Shown here: positions 1 to 9,026 of the stretch, piece by piece
Position numbering within the stretch: position 1 is the stretch's first letter
Layout: every line of letters begins with the position of its first letter
IMG/VR virus record: IMGVR_UViG_3300028591_000177
Reading direction: 5' to 3' (one strand)
Length of the DNA stretch: 64,000 nucleotides
Source of the DNA: an uncultured virus (IMG/VR IMGVR_UViG_3300028591_000177)
Taxonomy: Duplodnaviria > Heunggongvirae > Uroviricota > Caudoviricetes
Made by a program: the position numbers and the translations under genes
The notes under the pieces: generated by a model
Told to the model about the DNA's origin: nothing
Seen by the model: only the letters and a program-made list of their open reading frames with translations
Databases searched by the model: none

Positions 1-2
1 AG

Positions 3-95
3 TTATGCATATTGTCCTGGGAGATTGAGGTTGTAGGAAATATGTTTGATACTGTACCGAGATTGAGGAAGGAAGATGTGTTTGAAGACGTTTGA
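3..95 (+). CDS. 3' end of a YopX-family protein (truncated by window edge)
   Basis: Frame 3 reads LCILSWEIEVVGNMFDTVPRLRKEDVFEDV*, close to the C-terminus of the YopX paralogue at 61260-61703 (EIEVVGNMFNTVPKLREENIFKD). Confidence 0.75.
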   Translation, partial: LCILSWEIEVVGNMFDTVPRLRKEDVFEDV

Positions 96-651
96 AACTT
101 TACGGGTCGAAGAGTGTCTATCTAACTCCTGTTTCACCGATAATAACAAGTCGTTAGCAACTGTTTATGGGTGTACAGAAGTTGAAGTAGGTTTTCCTGC
201 TACAAAAATAGAAGGACATACCAAAGAATTTGTAGATTTTATGTCCTATGATAGACGTGCTAACCTGTTCAGATGTTATGAAATAAAAACATCTGAGCAG
301 GACCTTAAATCAGATGCTAAATTAAGTTTTGTAGGTCATTTAAACTATCTTGTAATAACTAAGAAGATGTGGGTTTATCACGGAACAGATACACGATATT
401 TTACAGATATCATAGGTGATGATAGAGTTGGTATAATAGTTTGTGATACCGATGCCGGCACATTATCCACGGCTAAAAAACCTACAAAAATTTACCTGTC
501 AGATAAAAATTATAACATACTTAAAGACAGTTTAGTTAGAACTTTGTTCTATAAATATAATAAGGCTCTGTCTGAATTACAAATTTCACGTAGGTTTAAG
601 ACAGAGGACGATGTAAGGAAAATGATAGATTCCTTACCAAATGAATTCTGA
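76..651 (+). CDS. MmcB-like PD-(D/E)xK nuclease-fold phage protein
   Basis: EVEVG...VDFMSYD...CYEIKTSEQDLKS...GHLNYLV motif pattern. Confidence 0.55.
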   Translation: MCLKTFETLRVEECLSNSCFTDNNKSLATVYGCTEVEVGFPATKIEGHTKEFVDFMSYDRRANLFRCYEIKTSEQDLKSDAKLSFVGHLNYLVITKKMWVYHGTDTRYFTDIIGDDRVGIIVCDTDAGTLSTAKKPTKIYLSDKNYNILKDSLVRTLFYKYNKALSELQISRRFKTEDDVRKMIDSLPNEF

Positions 652-709
652 AATCTTCACTTGTTTGTATCTCCATACACTACTATTGCTATTTCGTTTT
701 ATTTGTTTC

Positions 710-742
710 TGCACACCCCTGTCAGGTGTGCATATTTTTTTT
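710..742 (+). terminator. Rho-independent terminator
   Basis: TGCACACC/GGTGTGCA stem followed by a T-run. Confidence 0.7.
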
Positions 743-743
743 G

Positions 744-884
744 TAGAAACCAACGTTAAAAATTCACACAGGTTACTTGGCATATCTAAAAACCACATAT
801 AAAAATTCACACTGGTTACTTTACATTCCGACACTGACCTTGGTTTTATGTAGAAACCATAGTGAAAAATTCACATCGGTTACT
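744..884. repeat. Three 34-bp direct repeats (candidate iterons)
   Basis: TAGAAACCAACGTTAAAAATTCACACAGGTTACT (744), TAAAAACCACATATAAAAATTCACACTGGTTACT (787), TAGAAACCATAGTGAAAAATTCACATCGGTTACT (851), followed by ~350 bp of very AT-rich non-coding DNA. Confidence 0.8.
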
Positions 885-1251
885 AAATCATATTTTTTCC
901 TTATATATAATAATATATAATATATAAGGAATATTATACAACATATCACTAAATCATTAAATCTTAAAACATATTAGGTAATATGGTAAATAATATAATT
1001 AATATTAAATAATATATAGGGGTGCTATGTGGGATATGTTATATAATATTAGTATATAATAACAATAAGGAAAATATGTTGTATAATATTTTAAGATAGC
1101 ATATTAATTTTTTAAGAGATAATATCTACCTAATAAAACTAAGTAGACATAAATTTATGTAATAAATAAATAAACTGTTTGTAAATCACACTCTTTTACA
1201 AACTTGTAATAATATAAAATATAATATTTCTGAGAGGGAGGTAATTATCTT

Positions 1252-2016
1252 ATGAAATTACATCTTAAAGAGTCCGATGAAAATTTAACTATTAATGATT
1301 TTATGATGGAACTGGATAATATTCCTGCGAAGGACATAGACCACTGGGAAACTGATTTATATTTAAGAAAAACTCCTAAGACAACAGAGTTAATTAAGAC
1401 AAAGTTACCTAAGGATTTTAAAGTTAATACTTTTATTGATGATATTGATAAAGTTCCATGGTACGAGATTCCTTTTGCATTTCCTAAACAAAGAAATAGG
1501 AGAGGTACTGTTAAAGAATCCAGTTCAACACCTAAAACTCTTTCCATAACACTTTCCAGTATAGGTGCTGTAGATGTTCCAACAACTACTAAGTGGCCTA
1601 CAGGTAAGAAGGTTTGGAATATAGGACATCATAACCCTTATATTAAAGACGGTTATGTTATTGTATGTAATACAAGAGATTTTACAATAGTTCCTGAATC
1701 ACTTGAATTTGTTTATGTTGGGCCTGAGAATGCTCAAGCATTACATAAACAGGCAGGTAAAGGAACTGTGAATGATAAGAACTATACAAAGTTCCTTGTA
1801 ACAGATATTGATTTAGATGAAACAATACTTAATGAAGATGAGGAAATAGAAACTTGGGACGTTTCTTTTTGGGACGCCGTGGACCAGGAATCTTATGATA
1901 TGAGAACTGTTCGTATGACACAAGAGGACGTTAAAGAATATGTTGCTGAACTTAATGCCAAACTCAGTGATTATGATATAGTACACGGCAATTTTTATGA
2001 TTATGTTTTAGCATGA
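1252..2016 (+). CDS. Multi-module protein with N-terminal KLHLKES motif (putative internal head protein)
   Basis: ORF with GAGG RBS; MKLHLKES start; internal TVKES. Confidence 0.55.
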   Translation: MKLHLKESDENLTINDFMMELDNIPAKDIDHWETDLYLRKTPKTTELIKTKLPKDFKVNTFIDDIDKVPWYEIPFAFPKQRNRRGTVKESSSTPKTLSITLSSIGAVDVPTTTKWPTGKKVWNIGHHNPYIKDGYVIVCNTRDFTIVPESLEFVYVGPENAQALHKQAGKGTVNDKNYTKFLVTDIDLDETILNEDEEIETWDVSFWDAVDQESYDMRTVRMTQEDVKEYVAELNAKLSDYDIVHGNFYDYVLA

Positions 2017-2122
2017 TTACATAAAGAATTATTCGACAGAGGAATAACTTCTATCAATAATTTAAAAGATAGTGATAATATAGACTAAAATGAAATAAAT
2101 AATAGAAAGGCAGGATAAAATT

Positions 2123-2965
2123 ATGATTATTAAATTAAAAGAATCGGTTAATATAATGCCAGATTCAGTATATGATAATCTTGCATTATTAGGTTATTGT
2201 TGTACATTAGCCGCTAATGATTTACATCATATACATCTTTGTGCTAAGGGAGATAAGTTCCAAGAAATACATAGTGATGCGGAAGATTATATGGGTGAGG
2301 TTAGAAATCTTGGAGATTTATGCTTGGAACTTGCACGTGAGGGTGGTTTAGAACTTTACAACGAAACTAATGCTTACGATGTTATAAAAGATTCTGGTAA
2401 TGATTGGAAAGTAGAAGAAGCTAAATCTTATAACTTTGAAGAAGCATATACAGCTATGTCCAATATACTATCAGACCTAACACAATTCATAACAATTATA
2501 GAAGACATGGAAGGTGTTAAATCCGACGTTATATCCGAACTTGATACATATGCAAGAACATTTAGTAAGGCCGTTAACTATTTCATTGCACAGAAATTAG
2601 GTAAGGATGATGAAGTATTAGTGGGACAAGTGGAATCCGTCAATAGAAAAATGTGTAAGTCTTTGAAAGAATCTTCCTATAAAGATTCCGATGTATATAA
2701 GGAAGTTACTAATTACCCATATGGTGTAGACGTAAAGCCTTTAAAATTTGGCAAATATGAAGTATCTATTACTTTTGATGATGGTGATTTATATACAAAG
2801 TACACATTAATCGCACCAACTGATGATGAATTAGCAGATGGGTTAGATGAATGGTTAGTAAAAGACGAACATAATACTATAATTAATGAAAGATTTGATT
2901 ATTATCCTACTAACTTAGACGAAGCTGTTGTATGTGCTTTACAGCACTTCTGGGGTTCCTACTAA
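2123..2965 (+). CDS. Ferritin/Dps-like domain protein with MIIKLKES leader and a second module
   Basis: DLHHIHLCAKGDKFQEIHSDAEDY...DLCLEL resembles the Dps HW..G..F...H...E...D..AE ferroxidase pattern; KSLKES linker. Confidence 0.55.
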   Translation: MIIKLKESVNIMPDSVYDNLALLGYCCTLAANDLHHIHLCAKGDKFQEIHSDAEDYMGEVRNLGDLCLELAREGGLELYNETNAYDVIKDSGNDWKVEEAKSYNFEEAYTAMSNILSDLTQFITIIEDMEGVKSDVISELDTYARTFSKAVNYFIAQKLGKDDEVLVGQVESVNRKMCKSLKESSYKDSDVYKEVTNYPYGVDVKPLKFGKYEVSITFDDGDLYTKYTLIAPTDDELADGLDEWLVKDEHNTIINERFDYYPTNLDEAVVCALQHFWGSY

Positions 2966-2987
2966 TTTAATAAAGGAGTCTTATAGT

Positions 2988-3599
2988 ATGGGAATGAGAT
3001 TTATTGGTATTGAAGGTAACAGAGATTGTTATTCTCCACAGCAAGTAAGTAGTTGCACGGTTGGAGAGTTTATCGAGTATCTTAGTAATTACGATGAAGA
3101 TATGCCATTATATTTAGTTAACGATAATGGGTATACATTTGGCTCTCTTGGACAATATGACGTAAGTGAGCATTATATTAACGACGATGGAGATTTAGAC
3201 GGAGAAGAAGATGAGGACGACGAGTACAAAGAAGATGATGATTTAAACGAGTGCAAATTACACATAGAAGAGTCTGATAATAGCAATATAAAACTAACTA
3301 TCAATAAAATAGCAAAGGCAGATACGCTTAGTCAAATAAAAGCAGCTCTAAAGTCTTTAGGTACAACCGGAGAGAAATTACTTACTAAATATGCTAAGTT
3401 TATGTCAAAAGCACCATCTCCTGGCAAGGTAGGGGATGTTCTTATTAAGGAACTTACAAAACTTTTACAAAATGCAGATGACTTGATACTTACAGATGAT
3501 TGTGAATCATATAAATCACATATGCACGAATCACACAGAATTCGTAAGAATAAACTTTGTATAAAGAGAACACATAAACATCCTAAACTAATGAAATGA
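2988..3599 (+). CDS. Acidic hypothetical protein with internal KLHIEES motif
   Basis: AAGGAG RBS before ATG 2988; acidic tract. Confidence 0.6.
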   Translation: MGMRFIGIEGNRDCYSPQQVSSCTVGEFIEYLSNYDEDMPLYLVNDNGYTFGSLGQYDVSEHYINDDGDLDGEEDEDDEYKEDDDLNECKLHIEESDNSNIKLTINKIAKADTLSQIKAALKSLGTTGEKLLTKYAKFMSKAPSPGKVGDVLIKELTKLLQNADDLILTDDCESYKSHMHESHRIRKNKLCIKRTHKHPKLMK

Positions 3600-3614
3600 T
3601 GAGGTGAATGTTGT

Positions 3615-5021
3615 ATGCAGATTTGTTTAGAAGGACCTCGTGGAGATTGGGATTGGTTCGACTTTGATATTAAGAAACCTAATCTAGGTCTTAACTTAGA
3701 AAAAGTAAAAGCTGTTACGGGAACAGCCGACCCAGTTGTTATTGATACAGAATATGATTATTCCGGATTAGATGATATACTTAGCTATGACGGTATGGGG
3801 TATACACCAGTTAGTAATTTATTTAAGCAAGCAAAGTTATTACAGGATTTAGATGATGATGCTTTAGAACGTGTAGCAATCTATATGCGTACACAGGGCG
3901 GAGATTTAGAATATGCTGTAGACCATTATGATAATCACGTATATATAGAGACAAATGATTCAGACCCAGCATCATTAGCACACGAATGGGTTGATATTAG
4001 TGGCGAAATACCTAAAGAAGTGGCAGAACGTTACTTCGATTATAAACAATTAGGACAGGACTTGCTGGATGATGATTATGAGACTGATTCCGATGACCCA
4101 TATGAAGTTGGTGAAAACTATATAGATGAGGTATACGGCGGTTTAGATTTATATCTAGCAGAAATTGCGGAAGACCCACGTAACGATAACTATTATAACG
4201 ATTATTTTGATTGGGATGCTTATGGACGTGATTTATCCTTTAGCAATACCTACGATGAACAGTCCGGTGTGTGGATTAGTGAATGTAGAAACAGAAATAC
4301 AAGAACAGACAGGTTAACAGAATCTGTGGATTTAACACAACGATTCAGAGACTGGCGTGGTATGTTCGGGGAGCCGGGTAGTATTGTAACAGCGTCAGAG
4401 TTAAAAGATTACTGGAACGAGGAACATAAATGGGACCCAGTATTACAAGAATTTGATAGTTTTGAAGACTGGTACTATGCTACAATAGAGTGGTTTGAGC
4501 CCTTATACGAACATATGGTTAAGAAGTTACATATAAAAGAATCCGAAAGTTCCAAAAAATATACTGGTAATACTTGGAGAGCTTTTATTAATGATATAGA
4601 ATCTAATTCTAACTATAAAGTGGATTCTGCATATAGACTAAAATATGATAAGTGGATAGAGCTAATTGATGATAATGGTGTTATTTATGACGCAGAGGTC
4701 ACTCCAATATATCGTGGCGGATATGAACTAATGGATTATAATATCAATAAATCGTATTCACATAATGAATCTGTTTGTAAGATTTCTAAAATACATATAA
4801 AAGAATCTGCTATGAAAAACAACATCGAAAATATAATGTACAATGCTACATTAGTTCACGATTACGATGCCTTAGGAGATTTACTAACTACAATACTTCC
4901 TATTGACAAGGATTTATATAATAGAATTTATAAAGCATATGAAGCACAACGAGTACCTGCTGAGAAGTTGGCACATAAGATTTATGACGAATTGGCAAAT
5001 GCCTTAGGTATAGAGGATTAA
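3615..5021 (+). CDS. ArdA-like antirestriction (DNA-mimic) domain plus further modules separated by KLHIKES/KIHIKES motifs
   Basis: Highly acidic; two ArdA-type motifs (RYFDYKQLGQDL, DYFDWDAYGRDL). Confidence 0.65.
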   Translation: MQICLEGPRGDWDWFDFDIKKPNLGLNLEKVKAVTGTADPVVIDTEYDYSGLDDILSYDGMGYTPVSNLFKQAKLLQDLDDDALERVAIYMRTQGGDLEYAVDHYDNHVYIETNDSDPASLAHEWVDISGEIPKEVAERYFDYKQLGQDLLDDDYETDSDDPYEVGENYIDEVYGGLDLYLAEIAEDPRNDNYYNDYFDWDAYGRDLSFSNTYDEQSGVWISECRNRNTRTDRLTESVDLTQRFRDWRGMFGEPGSIVTASELKDYWNEEHKWDPVLQEFDSFEDWYYATIEWFEPLYEHMVKKLHIKESESSKKYTGNTWRAFINDIESNSNYKVDSAYRLKYDKWIELIDDNGVIYDAEVTPIYRGGYELMDYNINKSYSHNESVCKISKIHIKESAMKNNIENIMYNATLVHDYDALGDLLTTILPIDKDLYNRIYKAYEAQRVPAEKLAHKIYDELANALGIED

Positions 5022-5073
5022 TGATTAAATTTCTAAAATAATTTGTCAAGTAGATTATTTATTATAAACCTAC

Positions 5074-5102
5074 TTGACAAATTATTAGAAATATGTTATA
5101 CT
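5074..5102 (+). promoter_or_regulatory. sigma-A-type promoter inside a long inverted repeat (5031-5090)
   Basis: TTGACA-17-TATACT with TG extension; the -35 lies in the 3' arm of AATAATTTGTCAAGTAG/CTACTTGACAAATTATT. Confidence 0.7.
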
Positions 5103-5162
5103 ATATTTAAGGAATGTGAAAATAAATAAAATAATTAAATTATTGCAAGGGAGTTATGTTTC

Positions 5163-6008
5163 ATGATTAGAAAAATAAATGAAACCAGACGTGATGATAT
5201 TATTAAAGCACGTGACGAATGGGATGCTGAATATAACAAACAAAAGATTGTTTACGATGACCAAAAAAGAAACTATAATAAGGTTCTATACGATGCCGGT
5301 AATGAGTTGGAAGAGGAAGTTAAGAAAGCTATAGGTCCAACATCTATAAACTTACGAGTTGAAGTGCGACAGTACGGTACTTATAGCTCAGATTCTTATA
5401 GTGTGCATGTGGATGGTAATGATTCCAATAAGTTTTCGGATGACGTGGCACTTAGCTGGAACTGGGATGTGTATCTGGATTCGGACGGCACTGTAAAGAA
5501 GGATTCCGGTTCCTGGAGTGGTTTAAAAGCTACTACTGTAGAACAGTTGGATGACCTGGAAGAAACATTAAGAGTTCTGAAGATATTAAACAGATTGGAT
5601 TGGGCTAACTTAATAAGCCGTGCTAACTCTAAGAGACCTGATTGGAATGCCTATGTAACAGCTCCGTATCCTTCCCGTAGTGATAGACCTAATTTTGAAC
5701 AACAGTTGAAAGATGCTGCCGTGGAGGATACTATAGGTAAAGATGTGTTAATACAAGGTAAGGGTTCCGGCAAGAATTATAACTCAAGAGCCACTGTATG
5801 GTATTATGTGGTAGGTGCTACAAATAAACAGTACAAGGTATTTGAATTTTCTAATTATACTATACAGAATCACGAGGAACTGGGAGACCTTGCAGACTTT
5901 ATACATGATTATGCGAAGTACGCTCCTGACCACATGACAAAGGAAAAGTTCCTATCTAACATTATATACGATGTGGATACAGGAGAAATTAATACTAAAA
6001 TATTTTAA
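5163..6008 (+). CDS. Hypothetical protein (MIRKINE leader)
   Basis: 281-aa ORF, GGGAG RBS. Confidence 0.7.
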   Translation: MIRKINETRRDDIIKARDEWDAEYNKQKIVYDDQKRNYNKVLYDAGNELEEEVKKAIGPTSINLRVEVRQYGTYSSDSYSVHVDGNDSNKFSDDVALSWNWDVYLDSDGTVKKDSGSWSGLKATTVEQLDDLEETLRVLKILNRLDWANLISRANSKRPDWNAYVTAPYPSRSDRPNFEQQLKDAAVEDTIGKDVLIQGKGSGKNYNSRATVWYYVVGATNKQYKVFEFSNYTIQNHEELGDLADFIHDYAKYAPDHMTKEKFLSNIIYDVDTGEINTKIF

Positions 6009-6021
6009 GCAGGTGATTATT

Positions 6022-6402
6022 ATGGCAGTTAAAAAATTAAGACTACGTGAATCTGAGAACGGTTCTCTTAAAGATTTAATGAGGGCTGTTCGCAATAGAA
6101 TTAACGAACTGGATTCCGATTACACGACAGAGGATTATGACTCTAGCAGCGATTTAGAAGATTCTGACGGTTATGAATTTGACGGTTATGACTTTGACCC
6201 AAACAGTTCTTGGACAACTATATACCGGGATGTTATTGACCCTATTATAAATATACACTTTGAACATATTGGCGTTGCTGGGTATACACAACAAGAGGCT
6301 GAAGACGACATAGATGCTATTATAAATATATTCGATAATGAGTTTGGTACAGAATATCCAAATGTACATAAAGCGTGTATGAGATTCTGGGAAAAATACT
6401 AA
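6022..6402 (+). CDS. Acidic hypothetical protein (MAVKKLRLRES leader)
   Basis: AGGTG RBS before ATG 6022. Confidence 0.65.
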   Translation: MAVKKLRLRESENGSLKDLMRAVRNRINELDSDYTTEDYDSSSDLEDSDGYEFDGYDFDPNSSWTTIYRDVIDPIINIHFEHIGVAGYTQQEAEDDIDAIINIFDNEFGTEYPNVHKACMRFWEKY

Positions 6403-6411
6403 TTTGTTTAT

Positions 6412-6451
6412 AAATGAAGGATTCTTTAATAGGAATCCTTCATTTTTTTTT
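6412..6451 (+). terminator. Rho-independent terminator
   Basis: AATGAAGGATTC/GAATCCTTCATT stem plus poly-T. Confidence 0.85.
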
Positions 6452-6460
6452 GATTTTTAC

Positions 6461-6489
6461 TTGACTTTTACAAAATAGTGTTGTATAAT
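6461..6489 (+). promoter_or_regulatory. sigma-A-type early promoter
   Basis: TTGACT-17-TATAAT with TG extension. Confidence 0.85.
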
Positions 6490-6522
6490 ATTATTATAAC
6501 TAAAAATTATGGAGGATTCTAT

Positions 6523-7824
6523 ATGCTTTGTATCCAAACTTTTATACAGAATCATATCAGCAATTGGAAAGAATTGCTAAGTAAAGAACCATATTGTCTT
6601 AAAATAAAAGAACAGGACAATTTAGTTATATTTAACTACAATACATATAAATCCGATTTCTGCAAAGAAATAGTAAAGGAAGCAAGAGGACTTATTCTTG
6701 AGTTAGGAACTTTTAGAGTTGTACGTATGGCTTTTTATAAATTCTTTAATCTTGGGGAGCCAAATGCTGCTAATATAGATTGGGATTCTGCTACTGCTAC
6801 AAGTAAGGAAGATGGAAGTATTATGTCGGCATATTGGTATGGTAGTACCTGGCACATAGCTTCCAATTCCTGTATAGATGCAGCAGACGCTGTTTTGGAT
6901 AATATTGAAGCACCTTATAGAAATTATAAGGAACTATTTTTTGCTGCCGCTTGTAACTGTCGCTTAGATTTTGCTAAATTAAATCCAAAAAATACATATA
7001 CGTTTGAACTCGTTTCACCATATAATAAGATAGTTGTTCCTTATTCAGAAACAAAGTTATTTCATATAAATACAAGAGATAATAATACGTTGGAAGAATT
7101 GAACGAGGATATTGGAATTGAAAAACCTAAATTTTATTCCATTCACGACCGTAAAGGTTTTGAAGAGATTGTAAGCAACCTAGGTGAGAACCATGAAGGA
7201 ATTGTTATTAAAGATAAATACAATAATCGTGTAAAACTTAAAACAGAAGAATATATAAGATTACATTATATGGAAGGGGAAACAAAACTCACACTCCTAC
7301 ACGCAGTATATATAATTATTAATCACGAACAAGCTGAATATTTACAATATTTTCCAGAACGTAAGGCTGTTTTAAAGGCATTGGAACGTAGACTAAATGA
7401 AGTAGACATAATTATTTGTAATATTGAAAAAGATGTTAAATCTAGAACGTGGAACGATGCCCGAGAGGTTTTTGAGTATTACAAAAAAGCTGACCCTAAG
7501 TTTGTAGACCTATATGTAGCTGCGTATAAGGGTACATTAGATAAAACTATATATACCCTAAAGAATAGAAACGAAACCGCTATTAATAGATATATAGAAA
7601 ATTATGAACGAATTAAACAAGTTATTAATGAACATAATTGGACAAATATAGAAGATATGACAGATTGGGCTGTAAAACATGATTCTAAAAATAGCCCAGC
7701 TTACATACCTATATATCAAGGCCAGTTTGATAAATACATAAAAAAATTACAGAAAACAGGAATTACAAAGTACCTAGAAAAGTTTGATATTACCTTAGAC
7801 AAAGATTTAATAAGGGAGTTTTGA
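6523..7824 (+). CDS. T4 Rnl1-like RNA ligase
   Basis: EARGLILE, FYKFFNLGE, motif I KEDGS, TYTFELVSP, HEGIVIKD, RVKLKTEEY; real start at ATG 6523 after GGAGG. Confidence 0.85.
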   Translation: MLCIQTFIQNHISNWKELLSKEPYCLKIKEQDNLVIFNYNTYKSDFCKEIVKEARGLILELGTFRVVRMAFYKFFNLGEPNAANIDWDSATATSKEDGSIMSAYWYGSTWHIASNSCIDAADAVLDNIEAPYRNYKELFFAAACNCRLDFAKLNPKNTYTFELVSPYNKIVVPYSETKLFHINTRDNNTLEELNEDIGIEKPKFYSIHDRKGFEEIVSNLGENHEGIVIKDKYNNRVKLKTEEYIRLHYMEGETKLTLLHAVYIIINHEQAEYLQYFPERKAVLKALERRLNEVDIIICNIEKDVKSRTWNDAREVFEYYKKADPKFVDLYVAAYKGTLDKTIYTLKNRNETAINRYIENYERIKQVINEHNWTNIEDMTDWAVKHDSKNSPAYIPIYQGQFDKYIKKLQKTGITKYLEKFDITLDKDLIREF

Positions 7825-7825
7825 T

Positions 7826-8311
7826 ATGAACAGATATGAGGAATTGATGTACAAATTACGCATACATTCCGAAAATGAGAATGAGGATGCTGTGCAGTAC
7901 GTTATTAATACCATAGTTGAAATTACCCGAACTATGGCAGAGTTCTTAGAGGAATTTTATCCTGACGATGTGTGTGAAATAATCCCTACTAAGGAAGAAA
8001 AGAAGGAAATAGGACATATTTTACACCTTTGGAATGACGTAACAGAGTTATATAGTAGATATTTCGTGAACACAGATACTATCACAAATTCTAAACCTGT
8101 ACATTCATTAAAGAAATTAGCACAGCAGTATCATAGGGAACACGGTGTGGATATAGACAATATGTGGGAACAAATAAAGTTGGAACCTCCCTCTAGCAAT
8201 GCCCCGGATAATATTGATTGGGGTTTGGAGTTTTCTATTTTAGATACAATAGAAGAACTTAGAAAAAATTTAGAGTCAACTAATATAGAACAAGATAACA
8301 AAAAGGAGTAA
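7826..8311 (+). CDS. Hypothetical protein
   Basis: ORF with GGGAG RBS, in ligase operon. Confidence 0.6.
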   Translation: MNRYEELMYKLRIHSENENEDAVQYVINTIVEITRTMAEFLEEFYPDDVCEIIPTKEEKKEIGHILHLWNDVTELYSRYFVNTDTITNSKPVHSLKKLAQQYHREHGVDIDNMWEQIKLEPPSSNAPDNIDWGLEFSILDTIEELRKNLESTNIEQDNKKE

Positions 8312-8317
8312 CTATTT

Positions 8318-8521
8318 ATGTTGGAAATTTTACAATTTATCTTTCAAGATATTTGGCATTATTGTGGTACGTTAATTTTGATTGTAATTGTTGGTGCTGT
8401 AATTGCAGATATAGGTAAAGCCTTTGTGAGAGATTATTGCCCTAAAACTTATATTGTTCCACCGGCATATTTGGACGGTGATTCAAAAACAATTAAGCAG
8501 GAGGATTTGAAAGATGATTGA
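8318..8521 (+). CDS. Small membrane protein
   Basis: Single hydrophobic segment, AAGGAG RBS. Confidence 0.6.
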   Translation: MLEILQFIFQDIWHYCGTLILIVIVGAVIADIGKAFVRDYCPKTYIVPPAYLDGDSKTIKQEDLKDD

Positions 8522-8924
8522 TTATGTATTGCCAATAAAGGTACAATTAGATGGCAATTTTTATTATGAAAAATTTAAGCACGCTATTGTACACGGTCGA
8601 CAGGTATTTTGTCAAATTCCTAAATTTGTAGATAATTCTGAATTACGTGCAATTGGTAGGACATCTATTCTAAATAGACTAAGTTGTGATTGTCAAATAG
8701 AACGAAACGAAGATGTTCGCATTATAACTCCACATACAAAACAAGCTTATATAGCATCCGCTGTCTATACATTAGATGAATTTATGAAATCGTATTTCAC
8801 TAACGACAATTGGTACGATTGTATTATAATGGTTGACGGTTATGAACGTGATGACACACAATTTACAAAGTTAATTGATTTTTGTGCATCAAGAGGGATT
8901 CCTGCAATAGGGTTTATTGTTTAA
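8514..8924 (+). CDS. Hypothetical protein
   Basis: ORF with GGAGG RBS. Confidence 0.55.
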   Translation: MIDYVLPIKVQLDGNFYYEKFKHAIVHGRQVFCQIPKFVDNSELRAIGRTSILNRLSCDCQIERNEDVRIITPHTKQAYIASAVYTLDEFMKSYFTNDNWYDCIIMVDGYERDDTQFTKLIDFCASRGIPAIGFIV

Positions 8925-8954
8925 ATTAAAATATAAAAATAAATATCATCCCTA

Positions 8955-8983
8955 TTGACTTTTGTAAATCTATGTTGTATAAT
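8955..8983 (+). promoter_or_regulatory. sigma-A-type promoter of the 694-aa gene
   Basis: TTGACT-17-TATAAT, TG extension. Confidence 0.85.
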
Positions 8984-9026
8984 AAAAACTACAATAAAAC
9001 GTGAATAAAATTTAGGAGGTACATAT

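Noticed and set aside
2928..2990. Programmed frameshift fusing ORF 2123 to the next ORF via in-frame LIKES
   Set aside because: The K-E codons coincide with the AAGGAG RBS of ATG 2988; no slippery site evident
6478..6522. ORF-track starts inside promoters (also 33619, 41719, 62352)
   Set aside because: They translate the promoter itself (MLYN.., MTFL..); RBS-supported ATGs lie downstream (6523, 33682, 41755, 62454)
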